IMG/VR virus record: IMGVR_UViG_3300028829_003504
Span: 1 to 64,000 of that record
DNA: 64,000 bases
Direction: 5' to 3' (one strand)
Below are positions 30,298-40,099 of this stretch, in pieces (position 1 is the stretch's first letter; the number at the start of each line of letters is the position of its first letter). The notes under the pieces were generated by a model. The model was not told the origin of the DNA. It did not search any database and saw only the letters and a program-made list of their open reading frames with translations. The translations under genes and the position numbers were made by a program.

Positions 30298-30940
30298 ACT
30301 TAAATCAAACTTTGTAGTAGTTGAAGGAGCGGATGGGGCTGGTAAAACGGCACTGCTAACTAACTTAAAATCAAAGTTAGAGGAATTGGGCTACACTGTG
30401 GTTGTAGGCCGAGAGCCTGGTGGTACCATCTGGTCTGAACTTATTCGTGATGCTGTCCTTTACGCTCCCTCAGAAGATAAACCTAGTAATAAGTGTGTCC
30501 TTACAGGAATGTTCCTTAGCCGATTTAATCTATACGAAAAGCGGATAGCTCCGGCGTTAAGTGAGGATAAGGTCTTTCTGTGTGATAGGTTCGTAGCTAG
30601 TTCTTTTGCTTACCAAGTATATGGTAAAGACCCTATATACTATGATATGTTTGATTCTTTAAATCACTTTGGTCAGTTCAGTAGGTACCAATCCATTGTC
30701 CTTGACGTGACGTATGCTGAAAGTATTAAGCGTAGAGGTAAAGGTCGCGACCTTCTTTTTGAAGACGATATGGAGATTCAAAATAGCTCCGAAGATAAAT
30801 TCAATAACCTACGAGAAGGTGTTAAGGACTTTTACAAAAGTACTCAACACGGTACTTACATCCTAATAGATACTACAACTAAGTCATTGGATGAAGTTAA
30901 CGACTTGGCTCTTGACAGCCTATTTAAGCAGGTAGATTAA
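30290..30940 (+). CDS. tmk: thymidylate kinase
   Basis: VVEGADGAGKT, REPGGT, CDRF..SS.AYQ; ATG at 30290 with GGAG RBS. Confidence 0.92.
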   Translation: MRKLKSNFVVVEGADGAGKTALLTNLKSKLEELGYTVVVGREPGGTIWSELIRDAVLYAPSEDKPSNKCVLTGMFLSRFNLYEKRIAPALSEDKVFLCDRFVASSFAYQVYGKDPIYYDMFDSLNHFGQFSRYQSIVLDVTYAESIKRRGKGRDLLFEDDMEIQNSSEDKFNNLREGVKDFYKSTQHGTYILIDTTTKSLDEVNDLALDSLFKQVD

Positions 30941-30941
30941 T

Positions 30942-31451
30942 ATGAAGAACTTACCTATTTATATTAGACCGAAACGTCTGCCCCTAGATATAAGAAAAGA
31001 GCTTATAGGAAATATCGATAACCAGATGGACCTATTTACCCATCTGAGTAAAATGGTCCACGTAAGACGGGGTGTCATGTTGAATCACCGCATAAAGAAT
31101 CTAACGCGCTCCCACGATAACGCTATAGAGTGCGCTAGAGAGAATGGGTATGAGGTATTCCTCGGTTACTTTGTGTGGAAGTATACGGACGAACCTTGGC
31201 AATATAGACCACATTCTTTTTGCGTTGATGGAAAGGGCAAAGTAGTAGAACCTAGCGCTGTTCCTAATTGGACTAGCGTAAGAAGTTACTATATAGGAAT
31301 TCCTATCCCTGAAAGAGAGCTTATAGGTAATAAGCATCTTATTAACTTCAATTCTAAATCTTTTGTAGACGAGCATTCACCTTTGGCTTTATTCGACTTA
31401 GATTATAAGAAGGACCCGGATAGCGCTAAAGGTATAGTACGTAGGAGTTAA
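30942..31451 (+). CDS. hypothetical protein
   Basis: 169 aa; SHDNA...GY...HSF...VVEP pattern of a phage hypothetical family. Confidence 0.65.
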   Translation: MKNLPIYIRPKRLPLDIRKELIGNIDNQMDLFTHLSKMVHVRRGVMLNHRIKNLTRSHDNAIECARENGYEVFLGYFVWKYTDEPWQYRPHSFCVDGKGKVVEPSAVPNWTSVRSYYIGIPIPERELIGNKHLINFNSKSFVDEHSPLALFDLDYKKDPDSAKGIVRRS

Positions 31452-31601
31452 CCTCCCGTCCTCTCTTCTGTTGTCTATAAACTAATTAAACTGTAGTGGT
31501 CTTAAACTGTAATATAAGACCATCAAGTAAAACTTTACTGGATATAGAAAAGCCTTACAGCTTGACTCTATCCTCAACGAAATATACGTAGGTAATTAAC
31601 T

Positions 31602-34600
31602 ATGCTAGGAAATCAAATAGCCAGAGCCATAGGCACACTTAAGTCAACTGGAATACTTTCAAATTTAACTGTAGACTACCAGAGTCAGAGTGCCTCCGTA
31701 CAACTCCTCACTAGTACCTCAAGTGCTGATGAAAACGGCTTTAATAGAACTACGGTTGCTACTCACATGATGCCAGAACGTGGCTACCTGATTAGAACTG
31801 AGCAAGTGTATCAGGATGGTGATGAAGACAACGAGTTTGAAATGAAAACTGCGTTCACCATGAATGAAGAATATATAGGAGACCCTGAGTGGGCTGAACG
31901 TCTATACAATATGGGTATTGTTCCTCAACTAGCTAGCCCTAAACATAAAGTATGTTCAGTAGGCTACTGTGAGAAAGAAGACAAATGGTACGGCTGGAGC
32001 CATAGAGCGATTAGTGGTTTCGGAGTAGGTAGTGAGGTGACCAGAGGTCATTGTGCATATAAACCTTCTACTAAGGCAGAATTCCTACAAAGCTTAGATG
32101 ATTGGTATCGCCACAACGGCAACGAAGTGAATGTTATTCCTACTGACGATGGTGCTATCGTAAACACTACATCTTTTCGAGTGACTGATGGTAAGCCTTT
32201 ACGATATACCCACATTGAAGAGTTTAAACCAGGTCGCGGTTCATTTAAGGTTTGTGATATGGATGAGGCTAAGACACTAGCCTTGGATTTCGCCGAATCC
32301 GTCAGCGCTGCTGCGGTTAACGTAGATTCCGCTATAGTACAGGATTCGGTACTCAGTGAACTGTCTAAACGTTTTCAAGAGATGTCGGCACGTATGCTAA
32401 CGAAGGCCAATCAACTACTTCGTATACAGAGATTCCTCAATGTAAATACAGATGGAGACTTAGACGGTCCAGGCTGCGCCGATAAATTTCATACTAATCT
32501 TAAATCAACCATAGAAGCCCTTAACGGTCCTAATGACAGTGACGCTAACTTTGGTCTTACTACACGTAAAGCTTCTTTGGTTAATATACCCTCAGGTGAT
32601 AATCAACCTGATGTAGGAACTCCTCCTAAACCAGTCGAAGAAGTAGGCCCTGTTGTAGGGGAAAAAGACGACGATGAAGATTACACGGATAGACTAGATA
32701 GGCTTAAAGCTCGACACGGTAGTACAAACTACATTGAATCAGAAATACAACAACGTACCATTGAGATGTTCTCCGGAGCTGAAAGTCCCGTTAGCCTTAG
32801 CATGGAGAGTGAGGAATCAGAAGAAATACTGGCTGAGTGCGAACACAGTCGTATTATCCGTAACGTTATCCACTTTGACGAGTATGCCCCTGCCTCGGGT
32901 TTACCCTTTGTTAAAAACAAAGAAAATGGTAACACGAGTAGCATCCTGGATGCCAATTTGTCGGATTATAAGGTCATGGACGAACGTTGTGCTTCTATAA
33001 TACAAGAAGCCCGACTTAAAATTATATCTAATCGAGAAGCGTATAAGGCCCGAACTGAAAAGCAGAAATCAGAAGATGACAACTGGTCAAAGGTCATCAA
33101 TAAGATGCTCACTGGGTCAGAGTTGAATGAAGGTCCAGTTAGATCCAGTAGAACGAGCGGTGTTGATTCAGGTATGGCCTCAGAAGCAGCGGCAAAGTTT
33201 GCACCTACTGAGTTTAGTTGGTTCAAGTATATAGGTAAGAAGACACGCAGCTTCGATCACCATAAGCAAGACGTTGAACTTGAAATCGAAACTAATGAGC
33301 GTTTCGGTATTATGTATAATTCAAGACTTAAAGCCTACATTATAGTTGAAGCATCTATGTTTGGCGCAAGGGGAGAGGTGTGGGAATTCCGCATTAACGA
33401 AAAGGAACTTAAACTTCTAGTTAAGTCTAGTAGACCTTTCAATGGTAAAATCGGCGGACAGAAGATTGTTAAAGGTGAACCTACTAACTTAAACCTGTTT
33501 ACTAATCGTAAGCAAGTAGAAGTTAAACCGTTGCAGGATACAGGAATGGTTGCTCCTAATCGACGAGTTAAAAAGACGGGAGGTGTTAAGATCATTAAAC
33601 GCCTTGATATGGATGATGTTGAAGACGGTGTTAAGATTAAACGTAAGCCTGTCTATATTGGTGTGTTCCAACCTAGCGGTAGTAGTGACAAGTATAACTT
33701 GGTGACCAACGAGAAACTATCCGAATTGAAGACTGACCTACAATCTAGAATGGAAGCCTTGCCTGATATCGGCTCGTTTGCTACTATATACCAATTACGT
33801 TCTGATAATCGTTTCGTCATTAAGGCATTGAAGGCTAAAGTACCTAAGATACAACCAGCACATAAATCCATACTTGATCGTGAGTCTCTCATAAAGCCTG
33901 TTGAGTTCAAAGGTAAAAATATACGTTTACGTAATGATAGTGTACCACTACCTCATTTCCAACCAGGTGCTCCTGAGTTTACCGAACCTATGTTCTTCGG
34001 TAACCAGACAAACGTGTTGGCTGAGATTCGTGACTCCATAGTATTGGATAAATACTTTAGTGGTGCATTCACTTTGCTTGACCCTAAAGGTTATATGCAA
34101 AAGAAATCTTACAAGCGATCGTTAAACCAAGGTAAGGCTAGTGAGCGTCGAAGCAAAATGGGTATTAGAGATTTAAAGTCGAAAGGTATGGTGTTCTTAG
34201 AACTAGTTGCTTTGCATGATTCAAATTCTTTTGAGGACGAAGCTTATGCCTTACTTATACGTTTACGTAAACAGTTCGGTAAGAAGATTATAGGTCAGGT
34301 CGAAGTGAAGCGTTTGAAGCTAGATGGTATCAATAAAGAGTACCTAACAGTTAGACTAATCGCTAACATTAAGCCAGTGAGCGATGAAATTAAAAAACGA
34401 TCACTTAAACTGTATGACCTAATTGAGTCTAATAAGCTTTCTATAGGAATCAATCAATATGGATTTATGGTAGGTGACAAGCTAATTCCTTGTGCTGTGA
34501 TTGAACCCGTGTATACGGAAGGTAGCATTAAGGTCCAACCTACTAATGCTCAGCTACGTCCAGAAGTTGTGTCCGATTTATATGACTTAAATGGTACTGT

Positions 34601-34613
34601 TAAACTATTCTAG
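31602..34613 (+). CDS. large multidomain protein, probably virion-internal
   Basis: 1003 aa; SVGYCEKEDKWYGWSHRA domain, acidic linker with S-x-S motifs, then a basic domain homologous to 8661..9335. Confidence 0.65.
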   Translation: MLGNQIARAIGTLKSTGILSNLTVDYQSQSASVQLLTSTSSADENGFNRTTVATHMMPERGYLIRTEQVYQDGDEDNEFEMKTAFTMNEEYIGDPEWAERLYNMGIVPQLASPKHKVCSVGYCEKEDKWYGWSHRAISGFGVGSEVTRGHCAYKPSTKAEFLQSLDDWYRHNGNEVNVIPTDDGAIVNTTSFRVTDGKPLRYTHIEEFKPGRGSFKVCDMDEAKTLALDFAESVSAAAVNVDSAIVQDSVLSELSKRFQEMSARMLTKANQLLRIQRFLNVNTDGDLDGPGCADKFHTNLKSTIEALNGPNDSDANFGLTTRKASLVNIPSGDNQPDVGTPPKPVEEVGPVVGEKDDDEDYTDRLDRLKARHGSTNYIESEIQQRTIEMFSGAESPVSLSMESEESEEILAECEHSRIIRNVIHFDEYAPASGLPFVKNKENGNTSSILDANLSDYKVMDERCASIIQEARLKIISNREAYKARTEKQKSEDDNWSKVINKMLTGSELNEGPVRSSRTSGVDSGMASEAAAKFAPTEFSWFKYIGKKTRSFDHHKQDVELEIETNERFGIMYNSRLKAYIIVEASMFGARGEVWEFRINEKELKLLVKSSRPFNGKIGGQKIVKGEPTNLNLFTNRKQVEVKPLQDTGMVAPNRRVKKTGGVKIIKRLDMDDVEDGVKIKRKPVYIGVFQPSGSSDKYNLVTNEKLSELKTDLQSRMEALPDIGSFATIYQLRSDNRFVIKALKAKVPKIQPAHKSILDRESLIKPVEFKGKNIRLRNDSVPLPHFQPGAPEFTEPMFFGNQTNVLAEIRDSIVLDKYFSGAFTLLDPKGYMQKKSYKRSLNQGKASERRSKMGIRDLKSKGMVFLELVALHDSNSFEDEAYALLIRLRKQFGKKIIGQVEVKRLKLDGINKEYLTVRLIANIKPVSDEIKKRSLKLYDLIESNKLSIGINQYGFMVGDKLIPCAVIEPVYTEGSIKVQPTNAQLRPEVVSDLYDLNGTVKLF

Positions 34614-34730
34614 TATATAGTGTATGACACGAAAAATAGCCTCCTATAGACGCCTCTACCTATAAGCTAAACGCCACATAGGTAGAGATATTTTAGGTAA
34701 TACGGGCTAAAATAGCATAGTATAGATAGC

Positions 34731-34758
34731 AAAAAGGGAGCAAATTGCTCCCTTCTTT
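34731..34758. terminator. bidirectional terminator at the convergence of the two blocks
   Basis: AAAAA-GGGAGCAA-A-TTGCTCCC-TTCTTT. Confidence 0.8.
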
Positions 34759-34769
34759 ACGTCTGAGGT

Positions 34770-35699
34770 TTATATTTCTGTACATAGATTGGTAACGATA
34801 ACCTCAATAGTATTATTGGACTTGCCTGAGTCAGAGGCTCTATTTAAAACGTAAGCCTGACCCTTGCCTGTGAATTCAGGAAATCTTACATTAAGGTTAC
34901 TACTATTATTTTTAATCCAACGTATTAATAGGTTGTTGACATGTCGCCTATGTTTCAGTACATTAGATAGCATAAACTTAATGTTATTATCCAACATGTA
35001 CTGTAGGTGATTTAAAAGTTCCTCCTCAAGTCCTTCTGACCAATCACCCGCATATACGTTGTCTCCGCTTGCTAGGTAAGGAGGGTCAAAGTAGAATATC
35101 TGGTACTTGTTGCGGTTCATATACTCGGCATTGTACAGTGTACGCTTTAAATACCTTTGATATGACATACGGGACATACGGACTTGCTTGAAGCTCTCTA
35201 ACCACTTCGTTATCTTGTTAGTCCTGTCCTTACCCTCGACAAATCCACGCTTACCCCAGGAATAGTTGAACTCACCTGAACCGTTGAATCTTATTAATGA
35301 ACTAAATGCGTGTTTAGATAGCACCCAAAGTTTGAAAGGGCCTGGGTTCTCATTATAGTAATCCCGAAAAGCATAAAAGGCTTTCTCTTTCTTTAGGGCG
35401 TCTTTAGCAGAAGTACCTTTACCTAAACCCCACTTCTCCACGTGGTAATCCAAGCCGTCGGCAATCTGCCTTGGATTGCCTGCGCTCTGCAATCTCCTGA
35501 GGACCGAGAAGACATTACGGTCAATCTCATTATATCGAACTATATGAGACTTATCTAACATGTTAATTCCAACTGTGCCGCTTCCACCAAACACGTCATG
35601 GAATATATCACAAGCAGGCATTAAACTTCTTAACTCAGGTATCAATCTATACTTACTTCCTTGGTATGATAGTAGCGACCTTATTGTTTTATACGACAT
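34770..35699 (-). CDS. D12/Dam-family N6-adenine DNA methyltransferase
   Basis: YQGSKYRL, DVFGGSG, YFDPPY, FMLSN. Confidence 0.9.
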   Translation of the reverse strand: MSYKTIRSLLSYQGSKYRLIPELRSLMPACDIFHDVFGGSGTVGINMLDKSHIVRYNEIDRNVFSVLRRLQSAGNPRQIADGLDYHVEKWGLGKGTSAKDALKKEKAFYAFRDYYNENPGPFKLWVLSKHAFSSLIRFNGSGEFNYSWGKRGFVEGKDRTNKITKWLESFKQVRMSRMSYQRYLKRTLYNAEYMNRNKYQIFYFDPPYLASGDNVYAGDWSEGLEEELLNHLQYMLDNNIKFMLSNVLKHRRHVNNLLIRWIKNNSSNLNVRFPEFTGKGQAYVLNRASDSGKSNNTIEVIVTNLCTEI

Positions 35700-35928
35700 T
35701 GGCTTTTCTCAATAGAATTATTTGACTTTCAGATAAGAAGTCACCGTTACTTAGTTCATAGATTAATATATTACGGCCGAATGAATCTCGGTAAATCCCC
35801 ACACTTTTAACTGTATGTTCTGTTTGGCTTATGATAGCACCGCAGCATCCTGAAGGTATGGTCCGTACTACTAAGTCACCTATGCCAATTTTTAGCTTTA
35901 GTTCTGCTAGAACTCTCTCTATATCCAT
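35689..35928 (-). CDS. hypothetical protein
   Basis: 79 aa, AGGAG RBS. Confidence 0.55.
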   Translation of the reverse strand: MDIERVLAELKLKIGIGDLVVRTIPSGCCGAIISQTEHTVKSVGIYRDSFGRNILIYELSNGDFLSESQIILLRKANVV

Positions 35929-35985
35929 ACAACTCCTTAAAGGTCCAAGACTTATGTGCTTACCTTGCCTTTGGTTTGGACCACA

Positions 35986-36414
35986 TCATGCAGCTCTCTT
36001 GCGTTGGCGTTTAAGTTTATTTCTATTGACGTTGACTTTAGGCTCTAGGCCTCCATCCATTTGACGCATCGCTTTCAAGAATACATTATCTTTAGGGTGG
36101 CAGTCAGGAGAACTAGCCACTCCGCAGGTTGACCAAAAGAACTGATCAAATATCCAATCCGCTTTCTCAGGAAGTCGCTGGAGGACTTCACACATTTCAG
36201 CCACAGCAGGCTCTTTAGTTTTCTTAGCTACCTGCTTTGCTTCGTTAAAGAAGAAGAAGGTACGGTCGACACCGCTTACGTTCTGTATTAGACTGTTCCA
36301 ACTGAGTGCCGTGTGGACACAGAAATCTAAGATGCAATCTTGTCTCATTCTAGTACCAATGTTATGTTGATGGGAAATGGCGAGCAACGACCATAGCCTA
36401 TAATACCGTTGCAA
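35986..36414 (-). CDS. hypothetical protein
   Basis: ORF in the - strand operon; real start is probably the ATG of MRQDC, overlapping the upstream stop. Confidence 0.5.
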   Translation of the reverse strand: MQRYYRLWSLLAISHQHNIGTRMRQDCILDFCVHTALSWNSLIQNVSGVDRTFFFFNEAKQVAKKTKEPAVAEMCEVLQRLPEKADWIFDQFFWSTCGVASSPDCHPKDNVFLKAMRQMDGGLEPKVNVNRNKLKRQRKRAA

Positions 36415-36656
36415 AACTTAAGGTCATCTGATACACCGAGACCTACATCAGATCCTATTTCAGTTAGTCTGTACTTGTGGTGTTTACCTAGAAGGCCTGA
36501 GGCGGGTCTTGCCGATAGCTCACTGTGTTTAAGTAAGTTCATAGTTTTTAAATGTGCGGTATCTTTAAGAATTTTAGAGCATCTCTTGGCATTTGCCTTA
36601 ATCTTAGCAGCTTTGTTAACTTTCTTTTTCTTTGTTTTTGGATTTGTCATAATCAA
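36345..36656 (-). CDS. hypothetical basic protein
   Basis: 103 aa ORF. Confidence 0.5.
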   Translation of the reverse strand: MIMTNPKTKKKKVNKAAKIKANAKRCSKILKDTAHLKTMNLLKHSELSARPASGLLGKHHKYRLTEIGSDVGLGVSDDLKFCNGIIGYGRCSPFPINITLVLE

Positions 36657-36732
36657 CCCCCTAATGAGTTAAGTAAATCGACTGCGGCTTTCGGGGCAAA
36701 GTCTATTTGCTTATCCCTCAGAGCAGTCATAG

Positions 36733-37089
36733 CTAATCTCTCTTTATAGGCTTACTAGGCTTAGGCATAACAGAAGTCTCAGCCCCTGCTAAGCATTCGC
36801 TATTAATTATATCACACGCTTTAGTCAGAACAATATGGTGCGTACTTTTCTCCGCGCGTAATACCGTACGCTCATGGCGGAGTTGTTCAAGACGGTCACG
36901 ATCAGAAGTTAATTGTTCTACTGCGGCCTTGTAGCTGACGTACCCGGTAGTTCCTGCTGCACCTCTTAAATGTACCTCTTCACCTTTAAGACGTTTAATA
37001 TCATCTTCTATGTAGGCACACTTATCACGGAGTTGGCTTATAGCACTGGTGATGTCATCCATTGTTATTGACTGTGGATTATATTTCAT
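36733..37089 (-). CDS. hypothetical coiled-coil protein
   Basis: 118 aa, downstream of the AAACTGTAAATA motif. Confidence 0.6.
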   Translation of the reverse strand: MKYNPQSITMDDITSAISQLRDKCAYIEDDIKRLKGEEVHLRGAAGTTGYVSYKAAVEQLTSDRDRLEQLRHERTVLRAEKSTHHIVLTKACDIINSECLAGAETSVMPKPSKPIKRD

Positions 37090-37118
37090 GGGATTCCTTA
37101 ATCGGGTTGCTTAACTAG

Positions 37119-37130
37119 TATTTACAGTTT
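37119..37130 (-). promoter_or_regulatory. phage promoter-like motif AAACTGTAAATA
   Basis: Identical or near-identical intergenic copies at 42545, 43189, 48494, 49902, 51123 and 54077. Confidence 0.7.
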
Positions 37131-37142
37131 CTTCCTTTAGAT

Positions 37143-37174
37143 AAAAAAAGGGCAGCCGAAGCTACCCTTTTTTT
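37143..37174. terminator. UUCG-loop terminator (bidirectional-capable)
   Basis: A7-GGGCAGCCGAAGCTACCC-T7; near-copy at 50855-50879. Confidence 0.85.
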
Positions 37175-37202
37175 GTAACGCTTACTTTAAGTCACGAGAT
37201 TT

Positions 37203-37991
37203 TTAGTTCTTGCGTTTTTTAACAGAAACGCCCATCGCTAATAATGCAATACCCATTAGCGCTAATGGTTTTGGTTCTGGTACTTCTACGGCTGTAATAC
37301 TACCGACTGTAACATCAAAAGACCGCACTCTATGTCCTTCAGGCAGGTCTTCACCACCGATAAAGTCTAGGTATTCTGCAGGTGCGGATACATTACCGCC
37401 TACTACGAGTGCCGTAACGTCTGTAAGATCTGCAAACTCAAATACTCCATAATTCAAGAAAGCATTATGAGGAGTCACGTAATCATCATGGCCGGGGCCT
37501 AACACGGTAACCTTTTCAGATTTAGTACCTGCGTCCCACCAAATTTCAACTTCGAATAGGTAGTTTTCATCTGCAAAAACTGTCTCAGTCATGAATGCAC
37601 TAAGCCCTTCTTCCAGGAAATTAACCCCACGCCCAGTAACCAAGTCCATTAAACCGCTTGTGTTGACTTCGGACGAATTGTCTTCACCATCCCACTGCAT
37701 CCAGAAACTTGCGTCCACTGTTGACTGTGCTGAAAAAGACATATTGCCATCGGCTACACCTATCGCGGCAGTATATTCTTCATTCAAGGCACCGTAGTTT
37801 GTAACGACTAAGTCACGCTCGCCTCCCAAGATACCTGCGCCGAATACTGAACTCGAAACAGTCTCACCGACTTCCGCCGTTATGAATTCTTGGTCTGTAT
37901 TAAAAGTATCTATGATACCCGCGTTTGCTACACTTGACATCGAGACTAGTATCACTGCCAGTACTAACAGTATGTTAATAATAGTTTTCAT
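37203..37991 (-). CDS. PEP-CTERM protein (exosortase substrate)
   Basis: Signal peptide ending VANA-G, acidic beta-rich body, C-terminal VPEP + hydrophobic helix + KKRKN. Confidence 0.9.
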   Translation of the reverse strand: MKTIINILLVLAVILVSMSSVANAGIIDTFNTDQEFITAEVGETVSSSVFGAGILGGERDLVVTNYGALNEEYTAAIGVADGNMSFSAQSTVDASFWMQWDGEDNSSEVNTSGLMDLVTGRGVNFLEEGLSAFMTETVFADENYLFEVEIWWDAGTKSEKVTVLGPGHDDYVTPHNAFLNYGVFEFADLTDVTALVVGGNVSAPAEYLDFIGGEDLPEGHRVRSFDVTVGSITAVEVPEPKPLALMGIALLAMGVSVKKRKN

Positions 37992-38032
37992 TTTGTTTCC
38001 TTTATCCGTATGTTTATATTTGGATTAAACAG

Positions 38033-38368
38033 GAGACCATCAAGGGTCACGGGAGTAATCATTATTAGAGGTGATGACTAGCACCACCTCGTATGAACGC
38101 TTTTTTACTGTGGTAATCACTGTTACGATATTCGGTCTGCACAGGGTTGGATTGTATCAGAAGCGTAATCCCCAAAACGCTATAGTGCTTGGGCTCCGTA
38201 GAACCTATGTGACCTTGATGCGGTCTTATCAAGCTAATCGAGCTGGTGTCAGACTGTGTATTTATGCCTTGCGCCCACAGATTATATATTTGGCGCGCCC
38301 AACCTTCGTCTAACCGTTTTTGGGTGCTTGTATACTTGCAATGTTCTAGACCTAAATCTATCCGCCAG
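38033..38368. ncRNA. candidate structured RNA
   Basis: Long-range stem 38033-38050/38209-38227 plus hairpins 38068-38090, 38254-38280, 38295-38327 and stem 38243-38248/38363-38368. Confidence 0.45.
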
Positions 38369-38498
38369 AATCATAAGATATATATGAGAATAAAATGAGT
38401 TGGCAGAAGTCAATGCACTTATACTAGGACCGTTCAGCACGGTTATCCAAAGTAGGACTATGTAGTATTTAAACATATAGCCGCTCTTTACGTTTGTA

Positions 38499-39236
38499 TT
38501 AGTTTAAGCCAAGGTGCACTTCAATTGCGTTGGTAAGTGTAGCCATACCAACTTCGACTGATGCAAATATGACCGTGTCACCTGCCTTTAAATCAAGAAA
38601 TATGCTAGGTTGGGTGCGAACAAGTATAAATTTACCGTCCTTCTTAGTTACCATATCCATATCCTGCATAGCTATACTGACGGTACTGGCGTTCCAATCG
38701 TGTTTACTTTTAACGTGTGTCAAGAACGAAGCCCAAGGAATCATTAAGTCACCTGTGATTTTAGGAATGGTAACATCTGTACTTTGGGTTACTGGCTTTC
38801 TTACTGGTATGCGAGCCCGGGCATGCCTAGCACTTAGCTTAGGTTCTACCTCCGGCTTAGTTGGTTCTTCTGAAACCTCCACGGCAGCTTTAGTGTTTTG
38901 CCTATCGTTAAGTTTTCCTAACGTAGAAGCTTCTTTAGACCAAGCTTTCTTTGCGCGGTCCTTAACTTGAGCTTCAACCTCAAGCTTAGCCTTCATCTCT
39001 TCTCTATTCTTTTTAGTGAGAGTAGAGTTCCACCAGCCATTCATTTTAATTTCATTAAGTTCAACTAATCCTGATTTCTGTAGCAATTCAATAACTTTCT
39101 TACGTTTGATTTTCTTAGTCACGGTTAAGTCATAGATTACGTCGAAGGCTTTTGACAATTGTACGTAAATAGCGCTTTCGTGTTCAGGCTCTGTCTCATT
39201 CGCTAATTCTGCGAACTTTCTTAGATCTAATTCCAT
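38499..39236 (-). CDS. hypothetical protein
   Basis: 245 aa ORF. Confidence 0.65.
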   Translation of the reverse strand: MELDLRKFAELANETEPEHESAIYVQLSKAFDVIYDLTVTKKIKRKKVIELLQKSGLVELNEIKMNGWWNSTLTKKNREEMKAKLEVEAQVKDRAKKAWSKEASTLGKLNDRQNTKAAVEVSEEPTKPEVEPKLSARHARARIPVRKPVTQSTDVTIPKITGDLMIPWASFLTHVKSKHDWNASTVSIAMQDMDMVTKKDGKFILVRTQPSIFLDLKAGDTVIFASVEVGMATLTNAIEVHLGLN

Positions 39237-39247
39237 AAGGAGGCTCC

Positions 39248-39793
39248 TTAATATACGTGTTTATGTATGCAACCTAAAGCTCTAGTAGCGGCTTGGCTAA
39301 GGTTATCGTTTGTAATTCTGTATGTGTACTTGAACGCGTGGCACACTTCGTCTTCGGCAATATGGATACGTCTTTCGATTTCATCTTCTTTATCACCACG
39401 CTTCTTAAGACGCTTTCTTAAAATATCAATACTAGGAGGTTCTATGAATATAGAAACCACATTGTCGTACTTTTCAATAAAGGCATCAGCGCCATTTATA
39501 TCTAATATGATAATAGGATGTCTGTCACTGCTCTCCACGTCCTTAAGGGATGATATAGTAGTACCGTACAGGTTACCGTTGTATTCATTATACTCAATGA
39601 ATTCTTCCCGGGCGGCCATCATTTCAAAGCTGCTTCGCTCCATAAAATGATAGTCTATGCCATTCTTTTCGTCGTCGCGTTGGTTACGACTTGTATGAGT
39701 TACAACCGTAGCTAGACTTTTATTCCACGTTAAAAGTTTCTTTAGTATAGAATCTTTTCCTACACCACTAGGCCCTATTAGTACTATTATCAT
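39248..39793 (-). CDS. gmk: guanylate kinase
   Basis: GPSGVGKD, THTSR..R..E.NGIDYHF, YNGNLYGT, IFIEPPS. Confidence 0.93.
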   Translation of the reverse strand: MIIVLIGPSGVGKDSILKKLLTWNKSLATVVTHTSRNQRDDEKNGIDYHFMERSSFEMMAAREEFIEYNEYNGNLYGTTISSLKDVESSDRHPIIILDINGADAFIEKYDNVVSIFIEPPSIDILRKRLKKRGDKEDEIERRIHIAEDEVCHAFKYTYRITNDNLSQAATRALGCIHKHVY

Positions 39794-39796
39794 CGA

Positions 39797-40099
39797 TTAC
39801 TCAGTTTTAATTTTTGTTATTTTTACGGCGCCTGAATCATTAACAACGACTTCAAATTTGAAGTCGTTCAGTCTGCACCATTCCTCTATCAACCAGACAG
39901 CCTTAGTGCTATCTCCGTGATAACTTACGTTTACATTTTCGAACTCAGCTATTATGAATTTGGCAGTAGCTAGAGTGAAATTAGAAGTGCTTTGGGGATA
40001 ACGTAGTTCAAACTTAGGATTAGGTATAAGTACATCGAAGTTATTGCCTGATAGTTCTTTATTTAGAAAAGATGGTTTGACTGGCATCAGAACTCCCAT
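39797..40099 (-). CDS. miniature tail-tube-like protein
   Basis: LSGNNFDVLIP and VNVSYHGDSTKAV-WLIEEWCRL align with LLSDNYEIVFA and MSISFQENSTATITTILEDWHEL of the tube at 8077; start may be 40087. Confidence 0.55.
   Translation of the reverse strand: MGVLMPVKPSFLNKELSGNNFDVLIPNPKFELRYPQSTSNFTLATAKFIIAEFENVNVSYHGDSTKAVWLIEEWCRLNDFKFEVVVNDSGAVKITKIKTE

Noticed and set aside
29248-30940. Host chromosomal contamination (DAHP synthase, tmk)
   Set aside because: The genes are divergent from typical cellular copies, share the phage's composition and are contiguous with phage genes.
38071-38476. ORFs 38071..38313 (+) and 38282..38476 (-)
   Set aside because: Weak RBS, atypical composition and overlap with a strongly paired region; the - strand ORF cannot be fully excluded.
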